Of a stretch of 64,000 nucleotides of DNA, positions 61,843-64,000 are shown piece by piece; the first letter of the stretch is position 1; every line of letters starts with the position of its first letter. The notes under the pieces are model-generated. The model did no database searches. It was not told the origin of the DNA and saw nothing but the letters and a program-made list of their open reading frames with translations. The stretch spans positions 103,618 through 167,617 of the forward strand of contig DXWI01000002.1 of the NCBI GenBank assembly GCA_019416935.1. The letters are read 5' to 3'. The translations under genes and the position numbers were made by a program. This stretch comes from Clostridiales bacterium (GTDB lineage: Bacteria > Bacillota > Clostridia > Christensenellales > CAG-138).

Positions 61843-62676
61843 TTAATCTCTTGGACTGAACACGCAGGTATACTGCTTGTCTCCGATTTTTACGCTACCC
61901 ACGCCCAGCCTTGATCTGTCTGCGTCAAGGGCAAGCCCGGTCGCATGAGCGGCGCTCCTTGTTCCGATGGTGCTGCCGTTTCCGGCTGCATTGCTGACGC
62001 TCTCCGCGCCGCCGCAGGAGTGGAAAATCTCTCCGCGCTCTGCCATCTCCTTTGCATGGGTAAGGGCTTTGGCGCATAGGCTGCTGTCAAGCAACATTGG
62101 GGCGTTGCCGTTTTCCGCCCGTGCCGCATTGACTGCTGCCAACACCGCACTGTTAAAGCTGCTGCTCATGATCTCCATTTCCGGCTCCGGTTCGGGGGTA
62201 GGTGCAGGCTCTTGTGTTGGCTCCGGCGTGGGTTTAGGCGTAGGCTTCGGCGTCACCGGTGTAGCTGCTTCCTGTGATTTCGTTGCTGCTGGCATTTGTG
62301 GCGCTTTTGTTGCTACCGTTTGGGGCTTCTCGGTTTTCTGCGGTTTCTCAGTCGGTTCTTCTGCCTTGGCAGGCGTGTTGGACACTTTCGGCGCTGACGA
62401 TGGTTTTTCCGGCTGCTGTTCATGTTCTTTACCCTGTGGTGCAGGTGTGTGGATTTCCGGGATTTCGCTCTGCTGCGGCGTATTGTTGTTTTGATTACTG
62501 CCCGAGAGAGTCAATTCGCTGGTCGTCTGCAAAGATTCACTGGGGGTAGATGTTTCAGCCGTGTGAATTGATTCCTCATTGGTCGAAATAGATGTGTCTG
62601 GCGATTCTGCCGCACACCCTGCACACAATACTCCGATTAGGGCGATTATGGCAAATGCTGAAATAGCTTTTTTCAT
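61843..62676 (-). CDS. Lipoprotein with P/T/E-rich linker and C-terminal CAP (SCP/PR1-like) domain
   Basis: AAAGGAG upstream of the ATG at 62676. Lipobox LIGVLCAGC, linker PKPTPKPTPEPTQEPAPTPEPEPE, and C-terminal AVNAARAENG...HAKEMAERGEIFHS. Confidence 0.65.
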   Translation of the reverse strand: MKKAISAFAIIALIGVLCAGCAAESPDTSISTNEESIHTAETSTPSESLQTTSELTLSGSNQNNNTPQQSEIPEIHTPAPQGKEHEQQPEKPSSAPKVSNTPAKAEEPTEKPQKTEKPQTVATKAPQMPAATKSQEAATPVTPKPTPKPTPEPTQEPAPTPEPEPEMEIMSSSFNSAVLAAVNAARAENGNAPMLLDSSLCAKALTHAKEMAERGEIFHSCGGAESVSNAAGNGSTIGTRSAAHATGLALDADRSRLGVGSVKIGDKQYTCVFSPRD

Positions 62677-62875
62677 GATAAGTGCTCCTTTCTGCTTTTT
62701 ACAGCACCAGCATATCTTTTTCCGGAAGATATCGCAAAGGTGTGAAAGCCTTTCTTTTCTCGGGTAGTAATTTTCCGGTGAGTAATCAAGGGTTGGGGGT
62801 TTGGGGGAAGGGAACAAGAGAACCAAACCCTTTGCCGAAAAAAGGACAGACTACCCCCTTGGTGTGGAATAATTT

Positions 62876-63055
62876 TTACTCAAAGACCACGCATTTTTCA
62901 AGACCGCATTTGCCCTCTTTGTTAGAATAATACAGGCAATGTGGACAATCCCGTTCCTTAAAAAGCATAGCTTCGCTTTTGCTTCGCCCGGGCGCCCTGG
63001 GCTTTTCGCGCATCATGCGCTCATATTTTCTATGCTTTCCTTCGGTAAACAGCAT
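62876..63055 (-). CDS. Small basic Cys-containing protein (59 aa)
   Basis: AAGGAGGTGA upstream. CPHC...C...C spacing suggests a small zinc-ribbon. Start ambiguous (63055 or 63064). Confidence 0.4.
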   Translation of the reverse strand: MLFTEGKHRKYERMMREKPRAPGRSKSEAMLFKERDCPHCLYYSNKEGKCGLEKCVVFE

Positions 63056-63122
63056 ACGAATCATCACCTCCTTTCGCATAAAAGGGAAAATAAAAACGCC
63101 CATGCTCGTCAGCACAGACGTT

Positions 63123-64000
63123 TTAGCGTTCGTATTCCCGCTCCTGCTTCATTCGCAGCATCCGCTTATGGTAATATTCGCAGGCTTTTATGATGAAATC
63201 TTCTCGCTGTTTCGGGGTGTAGTCTCGCGGGATATATTGATCCAGTTTGTTCCCTTTGATCGTAATGTTATTTTGCTGCGGCTTTTCCTCCTGCATAACG
63301 AGTTCCATGCCGTTTCTGTCAAGAATCCCTTTCTGCGCTGCCGCTTTCATGCGCTGCGCCTGCGACAAAGAGGGCGTACATTCCTCGGCTTGTATCACGT
63401 CAAACAGGTCGGTTTGCAGTTCTTTTGAGAGGTAAGAGAGTTCCACAGCAGGATTAAAAGCCATTTTCTTATCGTCTACCATTTGCAATAGGGGCTGGAT
63501 TAACTCGGTAAGGCGGATATATCTTGTAACTTCCATCCTATTTACTCCCGCTTCTTGTGCTATCCTTTCTCTTGCGGTTAACTTCGGCACAATTTGTGCC
63601 GAAGTTAAATCATTCCTTTCTCCTTGTCTTTTTATGGCTTCCAGCTTCATTTTATATGCTTTCGCCTTTTCGCTTGGCAAAATAGTTTCCCTTTGAATGT
63701 TACCGTCTACCACGAGGATCGTCGCCGTATCGTCGTCGATGTTTCTCACAATGATAGGTAGCGCATCCTTTCCCGCAATCATGCTGGCTGCTTTGCGTCG
63801 ATGTCCCGATAGCAGCTCATACCCGCCGTCTTTGCGTGGGCGGGCAAGGCAGGGCGTGTGTACCCCGAGACGGGCGATGCTTTCCGCCATATTCATCAGC
63901 TCAGCGTCGTTCCTTACTTGATAGGGGTTGTTTTCAAAGTCATGCACTTCTGCAATAGGTACGGTCAAGATTTGTTCGCCCTGCTGCCGCGCTTCTGCCT
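63123..64000 (-). CDS. ParB/Srx-like nuclease-domain protein; 5' end outside window
   Basis: NPYQVRNDAELMNMAESIARLGVHTPCLARPRKDGGYELLSGHRRKAAS is the ParB N-terminal domain. The frame stays open to the window edge. Confidence 0.75.
   Translation of the reverse strand, partial: AEARQQGEQILTVPIAEVHDFENNPYQVRNDAELMNMAESIARLGVHTPCLARPRKDGGYELLSGHRRKAASMIAGKDALPIIVRNIDDDTATILVVDGNIQRETILPSEKAKAYKMKLEAIKRQGERNDLTSAQIVPKLTARERIAQEAGVNRMEVTRYIRLTELIQPLLQMVDDKKMAFNPAVELSYLSKELQTDLFDVIQAEECTPSLSQAQRMKAAAQKGILDRNGMELVMQEEKPQQNNITIKGNKLDQYIPRDYTPKQREDFIIKACEYYHKRMLRMKQEREYER

Larger units (their letters stand above)
11467..64000 (-). mobile_element. Integrative conjugative element (Tn1549/CTn-like, Firmicutes type) inserted 3' of tRNA-Arg(CCT); right end beyond window
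   Basis: Composition shifts abruptly from GC-rich to AT-richer just after the tRNA. A tyrosine integrase and excisionase sit at the tRNA-proximal end. A full Gram-positive T4SS/relaxase set follows, with nearly all genes co-oriented on the minus strand. Confidence 0.85.

Overview
The window spans a junction between a high-GC, Clostridia-type chromosome (about 1-11.47 kb) and a visibly lower-GC integrative conjugative element (ICE). The ICE sits immediately 3' of a tRNA-Arg(CCT) gene and runs past the right edge of the window, so at least 52.5 kb is visible and attR is not seen.

Chromosomal part: nfnAB-like oxidoreductase genes, a minus-strand xanthine-dehydrogenase-family operon (FAD, 2Fe-2S and Mo subunits) with two MocA-like Moco cytidylyltransferase genes, a low-complexity tandem-repeat locus, murC, an alpha/beta hydrolase, and a promoter driving three decayed tRNA-Arg 5'-half copies plus the intact tRNA.

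ICE part (almost all genes on the minus strand): int/xis, a sigma-70/XRE regulatory module, then about 17 kb of cargo. The cargo holds a LanFEG-like ABC transporter operon (with an exported Ig-like protein and an IreB-family paralog), three paralogous OmpR/histidine-kinase two-component systems, and four paralogous 467-513 aa lipoproteins. After the cargo come a Tn1549/CTn-like Gram-positive conjugation module, a Fic protein, and a 2,4xx-aa polyvalent protein (ArdC-N, methylase, SNF2). The module comprises sortase-like, NlpC/P60, ECF sigma/anti-sigma, VirB4, PrgI-like, VirB6-like, Maff2-like, VirD4, PcfB-like, MobC and relaxase genes, a thioester/Cna-B adhesin, a CAP lipoprotein and a ParB-like gene.

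Most interesting observations:
1. A complete, RBS-equipped TnpV-family gene is nested out of frame inside the polyvalent ORF, exactly where the host frame reads as a low-complexity linker.
2. The triplicated sensor-lipoprotein cargo has module-specific 11-bp-phased direct-repeat operators. The distal ABC operon carries the module-3 type operator.
3. An IreB paralog lacking the N-terminal segment is coupled to the ABC operon.
4. An array of tRNA-Arg 5' halves lies upstream of the integration-target tRNA.
5. A 34-bp duplication of the nfnB 3' end brackets the 6-kb xdh/moc island.

All functional calls come from motif recognition by eye. No database search was run.
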